Of a stretch of DNA of 64,000 nucleotides, positions 49,280 to 62,388 are shown one piece after another. The stretch is from Eutreptiella sp. 'Long Island Sound 2002' (Eukaryota > Protista > Euglenida), in NCBI GenBank assembly GCA_964036045.1, contig OZ038378.1:55056001-55120000 (forward strand), in the 5' to 3' direction. The notes under the pieces are model-generated. The model was not told the origin of the DNA. It did no database searches and saw only the letters and a program-made list of their open reading frames with translations. Every line of letters begins with the position of its first letter. Positions within the stretch are counted from its first letter, which is position 1. A program made the translations under genes and the position numbers.

Positions 49280-52050
49280 GCTCGGCAGTGGGAGTGGCGA
49301 GTATGGCCGCTGTGCCAGCCCCCACACGGCAACGCTGCGTTGTGCGCCCACCTCCCATCTGTATGCTTCCGGTGAGTGCAGACCGGCTTCGGCAAGAACC
49401 CCCCCTCCCCCCCAGGTGGTCAGCTGGAATCCCCCGTGGTAACTAATCGGGGCGGGACCTAGTGGGCTGCTCGGTGACTTCGGCATTCCAGTGGGGAGCG
49501 TCTTCACGCTCTTTGCCCTCAACGGCGCCCGCGCACGTAGGGCTTGCTAAGCGTTGCTGGGGACCCGGCCACTGAGGTTCCCATCCCCCTGGAACCCCCG
49601 CCCCTTTTTGGCGCAGTTGATGTTGGCGCTAGCGCCTCATGTCGAGTGTTTGGCGAGGCCGTTAGCTTGTTCCGAGCAGCTCCTCCTTCCGCGCCTCAAT
49701 TTGTTGATTTCACGCCTTTTTTTCCACAGCAGAGGATTTAGCGGTTGCGGTCTGCGATGGGAGTGTAGCTGTCCGTGTTGGGCGAGTTGAGTGAGGAGGT
49801 TTGGGACTCCGTGCTACGGCTGACCTCCCCCGGGTCACGGTGCTGATGTGTATGGACCCGGACCGCGCGGCCCGGGGGTTGGACCCTCTTGGCGCGTACG
49901 AGATCCCGGAGGGGCCTTGGGATCGCGTTGTGCCTCCCAATTTCTCTATGTGCCGGGCGATGATGCTATTTCACAGAATTTGCGCAAGGCGGGCCTCTTG
50001 AGCCCCACCGTGTCCCCGCCAGCGGTTTGCCCATGTATTATACCCAAGAGTAGTGTCAAAGTTAGCCTCATCCTGTCGTGCATGGGAATGACTGACTTGA
50101 ACCGTAGCCACCGAGTTTTAAGTTACCTTCGCGCGAACAGATAGCCCGTTTTCTGGCTCAGGCAGAGCGCAGTACTCAGTATTACGCCACAAATGTCGAT
50201 TTGTCAAAATGCATTTTGGTCTTTTGTGCTCCTGACCAAAGCCAAAGAGCCCTTCCACTTTACGACCCAACGGGGCGGATGTGTTTACTCTTTGGACCGT
50301 TTGCCTTTTGGCTGGAAGTACTCTCCGATACTTTGTCGGTTTGCGATGTGGGCCCGCTGCCAGCTTTGACCGGGCGCGTGGCGGAGGAGTTGACGGGTTG
50401 CGGTTTCATGGCCAGCCTCAAGTCCACCTTCAGCCCACTGACTCGCATTTTCTTTTTGCGTAAGTTGCTCAAGTTGGCGGGATGCACCATCACGTCGCAT
50501 CCCACGGCTCTTCTCCCAATATTGGCGGTTTTGTGGCGGATTGTGATGCGTATGGCCAAGCATAGTCGTCTCACAGCCAAGCTCATGGGTTTCTTGGAGT
50601 GGCATGATCGGCCAAAGCTGGGTATAGGTCCGTTCTTTGCCGGGGCATATTGCTAGGCTGTGGGGTGTGCATGACGAGGCTTTCCAATTGCGTGTCCTGC
50701 ACGCGTTGGCCACAACGATGGCCTTGTCGGCAGAACCGTGGAAACTGCGTGCGGCGCCCATTTGCCGTATTGTTGACAGCATGTGTAGCCCGAGCGCAGT
50801 TTTTTGGATTTCTATGGGCCGGTTATATGTGTTTGTGCACCATGGGACGTACATGGCTATCGGGGGGGCTAGGTTGATGCCTGGCCGCGGGGAGAGGTTA
50901 TGGCGTGGAGTGGCACGGGTCCAAAACTAGCAAGAGCAGGCGAAAGTACAAGGCACGGCATGGGCACTACGGTTCGCGTCAGGTCTACGATGGAAAGCAA
51001 TCACGGTCTTCACGAAGAGTACCGCTGTGTGGCGTTTGAGGATCTTGGGTCTTTTAATTAAGGTCATCCAGTTTCCAACAGCGTTACGGCTGAGTGATCC
51101 ATTGAGTTGGTTCGAATCGGACTTCCATGGAGCAATGGCGAGGGCAAAGTAGGTAGCACGGTGCAAGTGGGGTGGGTTAAAGCATTTTCAGAGGCATGCT
51201 CCTTTATCGGGACGATCATTCTTGCGCAAGTCTGTTTGGGGGCGCGGGGCGAAGTGAGATTGTCGCGTTTTTCTTGCCGCACGGTCCCTGTCGAGGCTCC
51301 TAAGTTTGTTGCACCCATGCCTGAGCTAGACCATAAACGGCGTCGCCGCGTCCCCAAGCCGGCAGCGGCCCCATCAGCAGCGGCGTTTGTCGACCCCTTG
51401 CCCACAGCCGCGTATTGGCGCTTCATCGACTTGCTTTTGCGAAGGTGGTGGGTTCTCCGGTGCGCCGCGTATCTGGATGCGAAGCACCGCGCGCTGTGGG
51501 CGCATGCCATTTGCTTGCAATCTTGCTTGCTGGCGCTCTTGGAGGCGATCGCCACCGGTGCAGTTCGCATGCAAAATATCTTTGCTGGTGCGTGGGATGG
51601 GTTGTGGCACACACCGGGGCGGCAGCTTTCCTTTGCCAACGCCCCATTGTGGATCATGTCCGTCCTGACCTCTGCAGCCCCGCTGGATTTTGGAGTGAAG
51701 AAGGCGACAGTGCAGAGCGCCGTGAAGTGGCTTAATCCGCTGACGGAGACGCTCTATGCCAGAGCCCAGCACCCCACGGAGCATCAGTCGACCCGCCCCC
51801 AATTGGGCATCACGTGGATCCAGCCCCTGTGCGGCTTGGTGCCGATCCGGCGGTACCGTCATGGGGGTGTATGGTTTCCCCTCCCCCCAATTTGGGAGGC
51901 TAACCCTCACTGGCGGCTGGTGATCCTTGAAGCCTTGGTGGCAGAGGTAGGTCACGCCGTGGGTGTGGCATATATGGGAGGTTTATGATAATGACCCACA
52001 GCACCACAATCCTATGTTCCACCGCATTGTGCCGAGTCTGTTGCCGAAAC
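49280..52050 (+). mobile_element. Decayed DIRS-like tyrosine-recombinase retrotransposon (RT, RNase H, YR)
   Basis: IPKSSVKVSLIL, DLSNAFWS (frameshifted), LPFGWKYSP at 50301-50327, GFMASLKSTFSP..FFL, RNase H end QFPTALRLSDPLS, then a YR-like ORF 51107-51988. Boundaries approximate. Confidence 0.6.
51107..51988 (+). pseudogene. Tyrosine recombinase-like ORF, degenerate
   Basis: ALWAHAICLQSCLLALLEA resembles the LLRxxEA box but lacks the Arg; position after RNase H fits DIRS. Confidence 0.4.
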
Positions 52051-54050
52051 TTAAGTACTTGCTGCCTTTTTCGGCTCAAAACGGAAAGAAATCAAAAGAT
52101 TCATGATTTTCGACCTAGAAAAGGGGGGGGGGGGCTTTTGTTTCAACATGTTTGACCCCACCCCTAAAAAAAGTGGGTTTCAAGTGGGGGGCGGTTCGGG
52201 GGGGTCCGGACCAAAAACTCATTGGGGCTGCGTTTATTGGACAAACCAATGTTGTTACAAGGGGTTAAACTAAGAATTCAACACCTGGGGTTGGGTACGA
52301 GAGTAGGCCCAAAAAGGCCCAACATGGGGGCGTATGTGGCATTTTCGCAAATGTACCGGTCTGTCTTGTTTTGATCTAACAACCTGTGCGAGCTGATGAT
52401 ATTGCCCTCGCCAAGTTCAGCTGGCAGAGAATCTACCCCGAGCAACACACACCCAAAATAGGGTAAAAACTACATAAATATTGCCTACAATACGTTTACA
52501 TATGTTGCATGCTCATTTTACGTGGTCACAAGATCAAAGAGGAAACTTTCAAAATCTTCGTTTTTTTGAGTTGCCCAAGGTGACAAACTGCATAAGCACG
52601 TTGTGTTCCAATCCCCAGGGAGACCCCAGCACCCCGGCACCCAATGCCCAAATAAGGTGTAGAACACATAACAACGGCCCGAAACATGCTTTGCATATTT
52701 GGATGTTCAATTTACGTGGTCCCAATATCAAAGAGATAAGGGCGACCTGAAAATTGCTCCGCGGGGTGGGGGGGGGGTGACATGGACGCCCGCCGAAAGA
52801 GGCGGGGGGGGGTGTTGCAGAAATGTGGTTCCATGTCGGGCCCTTTGTTTTGTAAGAACGGATGTTGGCGCCGAAGGTACATGAACACAAATTTTGGCCC
52901 GAAAAATGTTTTCCACCAATAATTCCCCCCCACCACCACGTTTGAGTAGTCAAAATGATCGGTGCGACGTGGGTATCATTTTGAGTCATAGATGTTGGGT
53001 TGACCCCCCACCCCCTCGGCACAGCAGGTCGGGCACTTCCGCCCTGAACCCCCCCTCCCGTCACGGCGGCCAAGGAGGGGGGGGGGTTGGGAAAATGGGC
53101 CTCCGTGCCCCCCCCCCCCCCCCTGCAAGGCAAATTTCTTCCCGCCAAGTTTCGGAATCTTCGGTTTTTTGAGTTGCCTAAGGTGAAAAGTTGCATAAGT
53201 GCATTGTGTACCCATCCCTTGGGAACCCCCCCCCCACCCGGCACCCAATACCCAGATAAGGTGAAGAACACATAAATACGACCTAAATCATGCTTTACAC
53301 ATCTTGGGTGGTCATTTTGTGTGGTCACAATCTCAAAAAATTAAGTTTCGGACTCTTTGATTTTTGAGCTGCCCGTGGTGAAAAACTGCATGCGCAGGTT
53401 GTGTACCCATCCATTGGGAGACCCCCTCCCCTTTGCCCCCGGCACTCAATACCAAACTAATGTGAAACCTCCACAAATACAGGCTAAAACGTGCTTCTCC
53501 TACCTTGGATGGTCATTTTGTGTGGTCACCATATCGAAAAACAAGTTTCGAATGATTTGATTTTTCAGCTGCCCAAGGTGAAAACCTGCATAAGTAGGTT
53601 GTGTACCGTGTCATCCATTCATATAAGGCATTATTGGTGTAAACTGTCATTTTGCGTCTTTGGCACGGGTTTTGGCTAGCCATTATCATACTACAGACTA
53701 TAGACTGCAAAACAAAGACGGCCCTTTGTATCGCAAAAGGTATATACTGTGACAACATCCCCACTTGCACCCCTTAGAGTGGGTACCACGGGGTCACAGT
53801 GTTGGTCAAAACCGCCAAGCTAGCAAAAATGGTTGAAAACTGCATAAGCTACAATAATAAGCGCTCATCCCACTCCACCCCATACAAAATCCACAGAGTC
53901 GAGACCCGGAAACACTTTTTCGGCTAAAAAAAGGGAAAAAACCAAAAGAGTCATGATTTTCGGCCCAAGAAAAAGCGGGGGGGTTTTCCACATGTTGGAC
54001 ATCACCCCCCCCCCCCCCCCAAAGCCCCTAAAAAAAATGGGTTTCAAGTG
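52050..54050. repeat. Cluster of the same MITE/foldback family, mostly inverted relative to 42890-44750
   Basis: ggtccggaccaaaaactcattgggg..ttttgatctaacaacct (52200-52385) is the reverse complement of 43245-43430. Confidence 0.75.
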
Positions 54051-54199
54051 GCGGGTGTGTGGGCTTTGGGCTTTGGGCTTGTCTTCCCGATCCGAAGAGG
54101 GCCTTAGGGGCCCACGGAGTGCCTCGCTTTGGGGAAGTTAGGCTCAGGCGCACCGCACTCACTCTCGAACCATGCAGTGCAAGAGCGGGGTATACACCT

Positions 54200-55450
54200 G
54201 CTAGTGCGGACGTGCTTGTGCTGGCATGGGGCATGGGGCATGGTGCACGGCACATGCTAGGTACAGAACCGTTACAGGTACCGTTGCAGGGGTAGGGGGG
54301 AGGGGCAGTGCCAAAGGGGGCAGGGGGGAGGGAGGACCACCTGTGCGGGGCACCGTCGGGGCTCCCGCTCCCCTGCTTCCATGCAGCGATGCATCTGTAC
54401 CCTGTAGCAGTGGGCGGGTAGGGGGGAGTCACGGAGATTCGGTACCGGTAATACAATACACCCTATGGCACAAGCAAGGGCAACACAATGCATACGTGAG
54501 TGCTATTATGCAGGTAGGTAGTACCAGTGGGCAAATGCCGTAAAGTGTACCCAAGGTAATACAGTTATCTAATTTAGGATTACTGTGTTGAGGGAGGGGA
54601 GGAGAGGAGTGCAGCCGTGGGAACGCCCTCCGGCGATGCACGGACAAAGAGTACTGGCAATGATACAATATACCCTATTGCACTGTTACGTAGGTAGGTA
54701 ATACTAGCAGGCACAATACAGATACGTGTAGTACAGCTACCTATACTGTATTTCCCGTGTTGTGTGTTGGGGGTACAAGGGGAAGGAAGGGGAAGGAAGG
54801 GAATCGAACCCGTGACTGCCACTCAGCAGTTCATGGGGTTGACCGCTGGGCCACTCGGCCGGCGGTATAATGGGGCGGGTTGTGAGGGGGAGTGGGGGAG
54901 AGCAGCCGTGGGATCGCCCACAGGCGCCGCTGGAGAGGGGGGAAGGTGGAGCGCAGCTGTGGGATCGCCCACAGGTGCTCCCGGGGGAGGGTGGAGGGTA
55001 GGTGGGCAGCCGTGGGACAGCCCACTGCTGCAGTCGAGGCAAGGAGGGGCGAGAGGGGCAGGGGACGGGGCAGGGGGGAGGGAGGTCCACCTGTGTGGGG
55101 CACCGCCGAAGCTCCCGCTCCTCGGGTTCTGTGAGTGGAGGTACCTGCAGATGTGCTGTGGGGGGCGGTAGGCGAGGGGTCATGGAGATACAGCACTGGC
55201 AATAATACAATATACCCTATTGCACTGGTAGGTAGGTAGGTAATACTAGCAGTGGGCGGGAGGGGGGGGGGGGGCACGGAGATCCGGTACCGCAACTGGA
55301 GGGTGTGCAGTGGTGTGTTCGCCTACTGGCGCTCCAGGGGGAGGGTGGAGGGTAGGTGGGCAGCCGTGGTACAGTCCACTGCTGTAGTCGAGGCAGGGAG
55401 GGGCGAGAGGGGCATGTGTGTGGGGGGGGGGGGGGGTAATCTGCCCAAAG
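54200..55450. repeat. GC-rich composite repeat
   Basis: Recurring caatacaatataccctattgcactg and gcagccgtgggatcgcccacagg units. Confidence 0.65.
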
Positions 55451-55959
55451 ACTGTGGTTATTTAGCCACTGTGGCTATTATAGCTGTTCTGGCAACCTCA
55501 GTGTCGCCATGGTACCCACGCTGAGGGGTGCAAGTTGGGATGTTGTGACGGTGTGTACGTACTAGGATACGAAAGGCCTTTTTTTTTTGCAGTCTGTACC
55601 CTTGCCAAGGGCCGGTCCAAACCCGTTCTAAAGACGCGAATGGAGTATTCCACCAGTAATGGCTTACGTGAAGGAATGGGACGATACACATCCTGCTAAT
55701 GCTGGTTTTCAATAGTGGCACGCGAAAGATCGAAGTTTCCGAAACTTGTTTTTTGATATCATGACCCCACGAAATGACCATCCAAGGGATGTAAAGCATG
55801 TTTTAGACCGTATTTAGGTTTTTTTCACTTTATTTGGGTATGGGGTGCCGGGGTGGGGGGGGGTCTCACAACGGATTGGTACACAACCTGCTTATGCAGC
55901 TTCTCACCCTGAGCAACTTGAAAAATTGAAGATTCCGAAACCTATTTTTTTTTATATTG

Positions 55960-56832
55960 TGACCACATAAATTGAACATCCAAGATATGTGAAGCATGCT
56001 TAAGGAAGTATTTATGTAGTTTGTAGCCTATTTTGGGTGCATGTTGCTCGGGGTAGATCCTCTGCGAGGTGGACTTGCCGAAGACAATAGAATTTTCAAA
56101 TCACCCCGTAGAGGTTGTTAGATCAAAGCCAGGCATGCCGGAATGGATGGGAAAATGCCGCGTTGCCCCCTCATGTTGGGCCTTTTTGGGCTGATTTGCG
56201 TACCCTACCCCCAAAGTTGAATTGTTACTTTAACATCTTGTAAATTCGTTGTCCTTTTAAAACCTGTATAAGCTGCAATAATACGCGCTCATCCCACTCC
56301 ACCCCATACAAAATCCATAGAGTCGAGACCCGGAAACACTTTTGTGGCTAAAAAATTACAAAACCAAAAGAGTCCTGATTTTCAACCAAAGCAAAAGCGG
56401 GGGAGGGCTTTTTTTCGACATGTTTGAGCCCCCCCCCCCCCCCCCATCGCTCCCAAGCCCCTGCGAAAAATGGGTTTCAAGTGGCAGGGTTGTGGGGGGT
56501 TCAGACCAAAAACTCATTGGGGAATGCGGTTATTGGACAAAACAATGCGGTTAGACGGGGTTAAATTAACAATTCAACCCCTTGGGGTACGGTACGCGAA
56601 TAGGCCCCAAAAGCCCCAACATGGGGGGGTATGCAACATTTTCCCATCTATACGGGCCAACCTACTTTTAATCCAACAACCTCTACGAGGTGATTTGAAA
56701 ATTCTATTGTCTTCGGCAAGTCCACCTCGGAAAGGATCTACCCTGAGCAACATGCACCCAAAATAGGCTACAAACTACATAGATACTTCCTAAAACATGC
56801 TTTACATATCTTGGATGTTCAATTTGCGTGGT
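55960..56832. mobile_element. Foldback/MITE with ~170-bp TIRs
   Basis: 55960-56128 is the reverse complement of 56666-56832 (..gacaatagaattttcaaatcacc..tagaggttgttagatc). Confidence 0.75.
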
Positions 56833-57659
56833 CGCCACGATTATGTATAGCGACTTAGTCGGCCATCCAACATCCAACATCAAACTTTTATGGACCACCA
56901 TTACCCAACCATGAACCCCCCTTCCCCCAAACCCCTTGGTTGTGCACTGGATCAGACCCCCCCCTGTCTATGACCCACATCAAACATCTTCATTGGAAAA
57001 AAGCCCCCTCCCCCAATGGTGAACCCCTCCCCCGTGACCCACCCATCCATCCCTTCACTCCTGGGTGCTTTCAAGCAGTCCCCCCCCCCCCCAAGGAAAA
57101 AGCTGCCATGGAAAACATGCAACCCCCCCTCCCCCCGGAAAACAATTGACATGGAAAATATGAACCCCCCCCTTTTCTCCACGTGGGAAATTTACTTAGC
57201 ACATGTTTATTCTCTGTCTATTGCGTCTGGAGTGCGTGTGCGACATGAATCGCATGCGTACTATCTGTGCAAACTGCACAGTACTTTAAGTTCACCTATA
57301 TTATACTAAGTTGCCCCCCCTTACCTAGGGGTTAAAGGGGGGGGTTAAAGGGGGGGGGATTGGAATGGATTGGTTTGGATTGGAGCTTCGCTCTTTTTGG
57401 GAGGGCCATCCCGGGGTCACAGGCCACGCAGCCAACTAGGCTCATGACTCTAACATGCGAACGGCCCCAACACGCCCGGGGACCCAAACTCGCTGCCCCA
57501 CGCCCACATCCATCACTGCCGCAGGGGCCCTGAGTCGGTGCCCCACACATGCACCACGTGCTCGTGGACTTCCGTAGGGGCCCAAAGCCGGTATCCCACT
57601 CAAACTGCAGCAATCACTGTCAGCACCAGGGCCTAAAGCCGGTGCCCCACTCCCACTAG

Positions 57660-58640
57660 ACGCATTCCTACCTTGTTCTCAACGTAAATGAAGGGAGGAT
57701 TCTCGCTTGGGACATGTTCTCACCTTGTTGTCTACGTAAATGGAGGGGGTGAATGGAGGAGGAAAAGTTGATTGGGACACGTGCTCTCCGGGAATGGAGG
57801 GAGAAATTTCGACTGGGACACGTGCTCACCGTGGATTGAGGGTAGATTTTCGATTGGGACGCGGTCTCACCTTGTTCTCACCGTAAGAAGGGGGAGAAAT
57901 GCCGATTGGGACACGTGCTCTGCGTAAATGGGGAGTGGGTTTTCGATTGGCACGCATTCTCACCTTGTTCTCAGCGTGAGTGGAGGGAGGAATTTTGATT
58001 AGGACACGTGCTCACCGTGAATGGAGGGTGGATTTCTGATTGGGACGCGTTCTCACCTTGTTCTCGCCGTGAATGGAGGGAGGAACTTCGGTTGGTACAC
58101 GTGCGCACCGTAAATAGACGGTGGATTTTTCTTTTCCGATCGGGGCGTGTTCTCACCTAGTTGGCACCGTAAATGCACGGAGAAATTTCGATTGAGACAT
58201 GTGCTCACCGTAAATGGAGGGCGGATTTTCGATTGGCGCACGTCCTCACCCTGCTCTCACCGTGGATGAAGGGAGGATTGTCGATTGGGACACGTTCTCA
58301 CCTTGTGATCACCGTACATAGAGGGAGGAAATACGATTGGGATACATTCTCACCGTAAATGGATGGAGGAATTTTGATTGGGACACGTGCTCACCGTATA
58401 TGGAGGGTAGATTTTCAATTGAGACGCATTCTCACCTTGTTCTCACCGTATATGCGGGGTAGATTTTCGATGGGGACACATTCTCACATTGTTCACACCT
58501 TGTTCGCACCGTGAAGGGAGAGAGGATTTTCGATTGGGACATCTTCTCACCGTGTTTGCACCAAGTTCTTACCTTGTTCTCACTGTGTTCCCACCGTGAA
58601 GGGAGAGGCATTGTCGATTTGAGCGTGTGCTCACCGGGTT
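57660..58640. repeat. Minisatellite, ~43-55-bp degenerate unit
   Basis: Repeating ctcaccgtaaatggagggaggattttcgattgggacacgtg(tt)ctcaccttgtt. Confidence 0.85.
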
Positions 58641-59619
58641 CTCACCTTTGTGTGCAGCTTGTTCCCATCGTGTATCCCCGGTCACCGCTCAAAGCGGCAA
58701 GTGCCCCGCTCGGCGACGGAGCAAGGAAGCCACGACAACCCATGCACCCCGAGCCAGGAGGAGAGGAGAGGGGGAGGAGGAGAGGCGGACACAAGCACAG
58801 CTACGTTGAGACAGCGCACAAAACACTGGATGACAAAAGAGAGGCAAAGGAACCAATGGAGGACGGAACGGCAGGATGTGGTTCACTTGGTGAGCATAGT
58901 GTTGTGGCAAGTGAGCTGTTCTACACACGCTCCCCCACAAACAGTGGAGTTCGCCCCACCGCCTCCACTTGCCACTGTGAGCCCGGCTGACGGTGTATCG
59001 CAGCCAACGAACCAAGCGAGACACAGACCCACAACGAGCCATTCACCTCACCCGCTGCGACCACTAGTGGGGGGGGGGGGGGTTAGGGAGGGGGCAGACT
59101 TCGGGGGGGGGGGGGAAGGGGGGGGCAACTTCATGCATACTATCTAAGTTATATTACAAGTAAAGGGAAGCCCCCGTCAAATTCGAACAGGCGCGTATAT
59201 CACAAAGTTTTGGAGATTTCTCAAAGTTTTGAAAGATTGAAGTTTGTTCCTGGCAACGTAATATTCAATTGCTTGTTCACGCAATGCAATATTTAGATTT
59301 TCTTCATATGATCTGTATTTAATGACACTGAGCCCACCTTTGGGCTGCTTTTGAGGTGCTGTTTTGGACCCACCTCATCCATAGAAATGGGTCACAAGGC
59401 CTTTGAAAGACACATCTTCACACCACTGTTTTGTTTGGGCGCAGTGTGTTTTTAGTTGCACATTTTAGTTCCCTATGCACAATTCTACATGGTAACACTC
59501 TGTATTTTCACATGTGCTAGTTGCAAGTTGGAGGGTGTTTTTGAAAAGGTGTCATTTGGCAATTTGTCCATGGTGTCTTGGCTCAGGATTGGGTGCAGAT
59601 GTGCCATGCATCTGAGCTT

Positions 59620-59880
59620 GACCACATCCTGCCACCCTCAACCTCACCCTCAAGCTAACCCTCACAACCTGCCACCCTAACTCTCACCCTCGCCCTTGTC
59701 CTCAGCCTCATCCTCACCCCACTCATCCTCATTTTCGTCCTCTCAATTTTGCCCATACCTACCCTTAAGCACCTGAACTCGCTCTCGCCCCCTCTCAACG
59801 TTACTGTCACCATCACCCTCGCCTTCACCTCCGCTCTCACCCTTGCCCTCTTGCCTTTGCCCTCACCCCCATCCCATGCT
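59620..59880. repeat. (CCTCAC)n-like low-complexity tract
   Basis: Repeated cctcaccct / ctcatcct. Confidence 0.7.
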
Positions 59881-60467
59881 ACTCCTCACGTTCATTGTGG
59901 GGGGGGTTTTGGGGAGGGGGAGAAGTTCGCGGGGAAAATTTCGCCGTTAAGAAGAGTGGCGAACTCCCCCCCCAGCGTGTGGCCAACAACTTCACTGTGA
60001 ATTCAGATGCAAGTGAGTACTGTGAATTCAGACATGTGCAGCAGTGTACCAGGCGGAGGGAAAGGACAAAGATGTGTTTGTTTGCAAAATGCAGTGGTTG
60101 TGTGACTGGAATGCATGAAAAACAAGCGGAACCGTCCAGAGCCCACCAGGAGGTAACACCAAGCTTCAGGATGCGTGCAGGTGACGGAATTTTCCCTTCG
60201 GAGAACTTCCCCGTCGAAATTGCCACCTGGCTACCCCCCCCCCCCCACCTGTAACCCTGACGCTTTCCCTCACTATGTCTTGCTCCTGCTCACTGGAGCT
60301 TCATGATCCTCACCATCATCCTGACGTCTATGCTGGTTAGCAACCGTAGCTCGTTCAATCATTTCTAGAGTTCCTGCTATTATGCACCGTATCATGCAGT
60401 TGCACACTGTCACCATCCTCACTTCCCCTACCCATCGCCTCCTCCCACCCCCCCACCCTGCCCGCAG

Positions 60468-61211
60468 ACCGAGGAGGTGAAGGCGGGCCCGCCTGCGCAG
60501 TTGGATTTCTCTGACATGCCCAAGGCTGTTCTGGAGGGCGAACCACAGCCGTTTGAGGTCCGTGTGTTGGACGACGCCGGGAATCTGGTGACCGATGGTT
60601 CGCCGAAGGTGACGCTGCAACTGGCATCCGGCAAAGGGAAGCTCGGAGGCACTCTGGAGGCCATTGCCGAGAACGGCGTGGCACGGTTCCCGGAGGTCAC
60701 ATACAACGGGGTGGACCCATTCACGGTGAAGGCAGTGTCCAAGGGTCTGCCGTCCAATACCGTGGCAGACCCGATTCCTGTGGTCACCCCTCAAGGCCAG
60801 CCTGCGAGCGTCGAGTCAGCACAAGCACTCGACACAATGGCGCGTGCACGCGACACAATGGCGCTGCTCAAACCGACAGGCCCAGCTGCCAGCGCGGCAA
60901 TGAAGCTGGAGGCCACTCCCCCGGCGTCTGGCATCGAGGCCGGCAAGCCCTTCACGATCAAGGTGGTGTACAAGGACAAGGACGGCGGGCTGGCCCCAGG
61001 GGCCGACCAGAAGGTCAGCGCCAAATTCGTTGCAGCGGACGGCACCGAAGTGCCGCTTTCAGGGCGCACCACCGTGTCTCCGTTGGACGGGGTCGCCACG
61101 TTCAAGGACCTGCAGCTCCCAAAGGGCGTGTCGCTGGTGGGTGGCAAGCTGCTGCTCACGGCGCCTGGGCTCGTGGGCTCTGCTATTAATGTCACTGAAG
61201 ACGGATGTGAG
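60468..61211 (+). CDS. Coding exon 5 (two Ig-like repeats, 248 codons)
   Basis: cccgcag acceptor, phase 0 at both ends, gag|gtagat donor; TEEVKAGPPAQLDF..NGVARF..DGVATF. Confidence 0.85.
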
Positions 61212-62388
61212 GTAGATTCCACTGCCCTTTGTATTCATCGGCACACACCACTGCCTGCATACCCTCCCTGCCGCCCTCGGTCCAGTGTTAGCCATTTTCA
61301 TCATCAGCCAGCAGTAGCCTCAGCCTTGGCGTGGGGAGAGGTCTCCCTTCTGCCGCGCCAGTGTGAACTGGAGGGATGGGGGACCTGGAAAACAGGCTTG
61401 AAAGGCCAGCCAAACATTATTTTCTCTGTTGACATTGTTTCACAGGAGATTTTTTTTGGAAGAAAATGGGCCCGAACCAGATTTGCCTCAACATTGTGTC
61501 AAATCGCTTTTTTGAATATTTTTTAGAAATCCTGCTTTTGGTGGGCCCAGCCTGTGCTATTCCAGGGGACGAGGTCCGGGAAACAGGTGCAAGGGCCCTC
61601 GTTCCGCGGAGTGACAAGGGACCGTGGGCCCTTACCGTCACCTTTACCCTCAGCCTCACCCACCCTGACAATGCCCATTGTATGCAGCTGCCCTTCAGCT
61701 GGGAAGCGACGCTGCTGGTGGACATTTTGAGAGGGATTCTGTTGGAAGGGCGACGGTTCATTGAGGGGCGCACGCCATCTGTGCGGTGGCCAGAGCTGCA
61801 GCAGGAGTGGTTTTCCCAAGAGCTTCTGGAGCAGGGCCAGGAGTTCTGGCAGTGCCATCTCTCAGCTGCTGCCAGGGGCAGAGAGGCTCACAGCGGCGTA
61901 CCCTGACCTGCAACTGGGCAGTCACTGTGGGCCAGTTCACAGACAGTGCAAGTTGGGCAGCGCTGCCCTTACCTTCTTCACAGTCATGGGCACTGGTGCC
62001 CTGTCATTTGACAGCCCCCCCCAACAACAACTACAACCCTCCCCTTTAACCCAGAGGCCAAACGCCTGAAAGGGTGCATACCGCTGATGTTTATCACATG
62101 GCGATCCGGAAACCCATGGCCCTGTGTTCTGTTTCCCAAGTCTGTGGTGGTGACCACCCTTCAAAACTGGTGGAAACTTCGTGTGAAGCATGTTGGCACC
62201 TCATGGAAGATGCCAAGTTGCAGCAGCAGCTGTGAGCAGACCGGCAGCTGCCCCATTCTCTCCTATCAAAAATCTGTTTCCCACCGTCCGTGGACAAGGA
62301 ATGTAGGCATTTTCCTCCTGAAACCCCAAACAGCTGCGTACACCCGGCAGTACGAGCACACTAACTGAGCCTTGCACGCCTTCCCCAG

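Noticed and set aside
57660-58640. CRISPR-like regularly repeated motif
   Set aside because: The units are degenerate copies of each other with no unique spacers, there are no cas genes, and the context is a eukaryotic intron; it is a minisatellite.
60477-61526. 349-aa stand-alone ORFs (also 62398-63447, 41811-42653, 40470-40964)
   Set aside because: These are exons read through into introns: similarity between repeat copies and codon bias stop at the GT donors.
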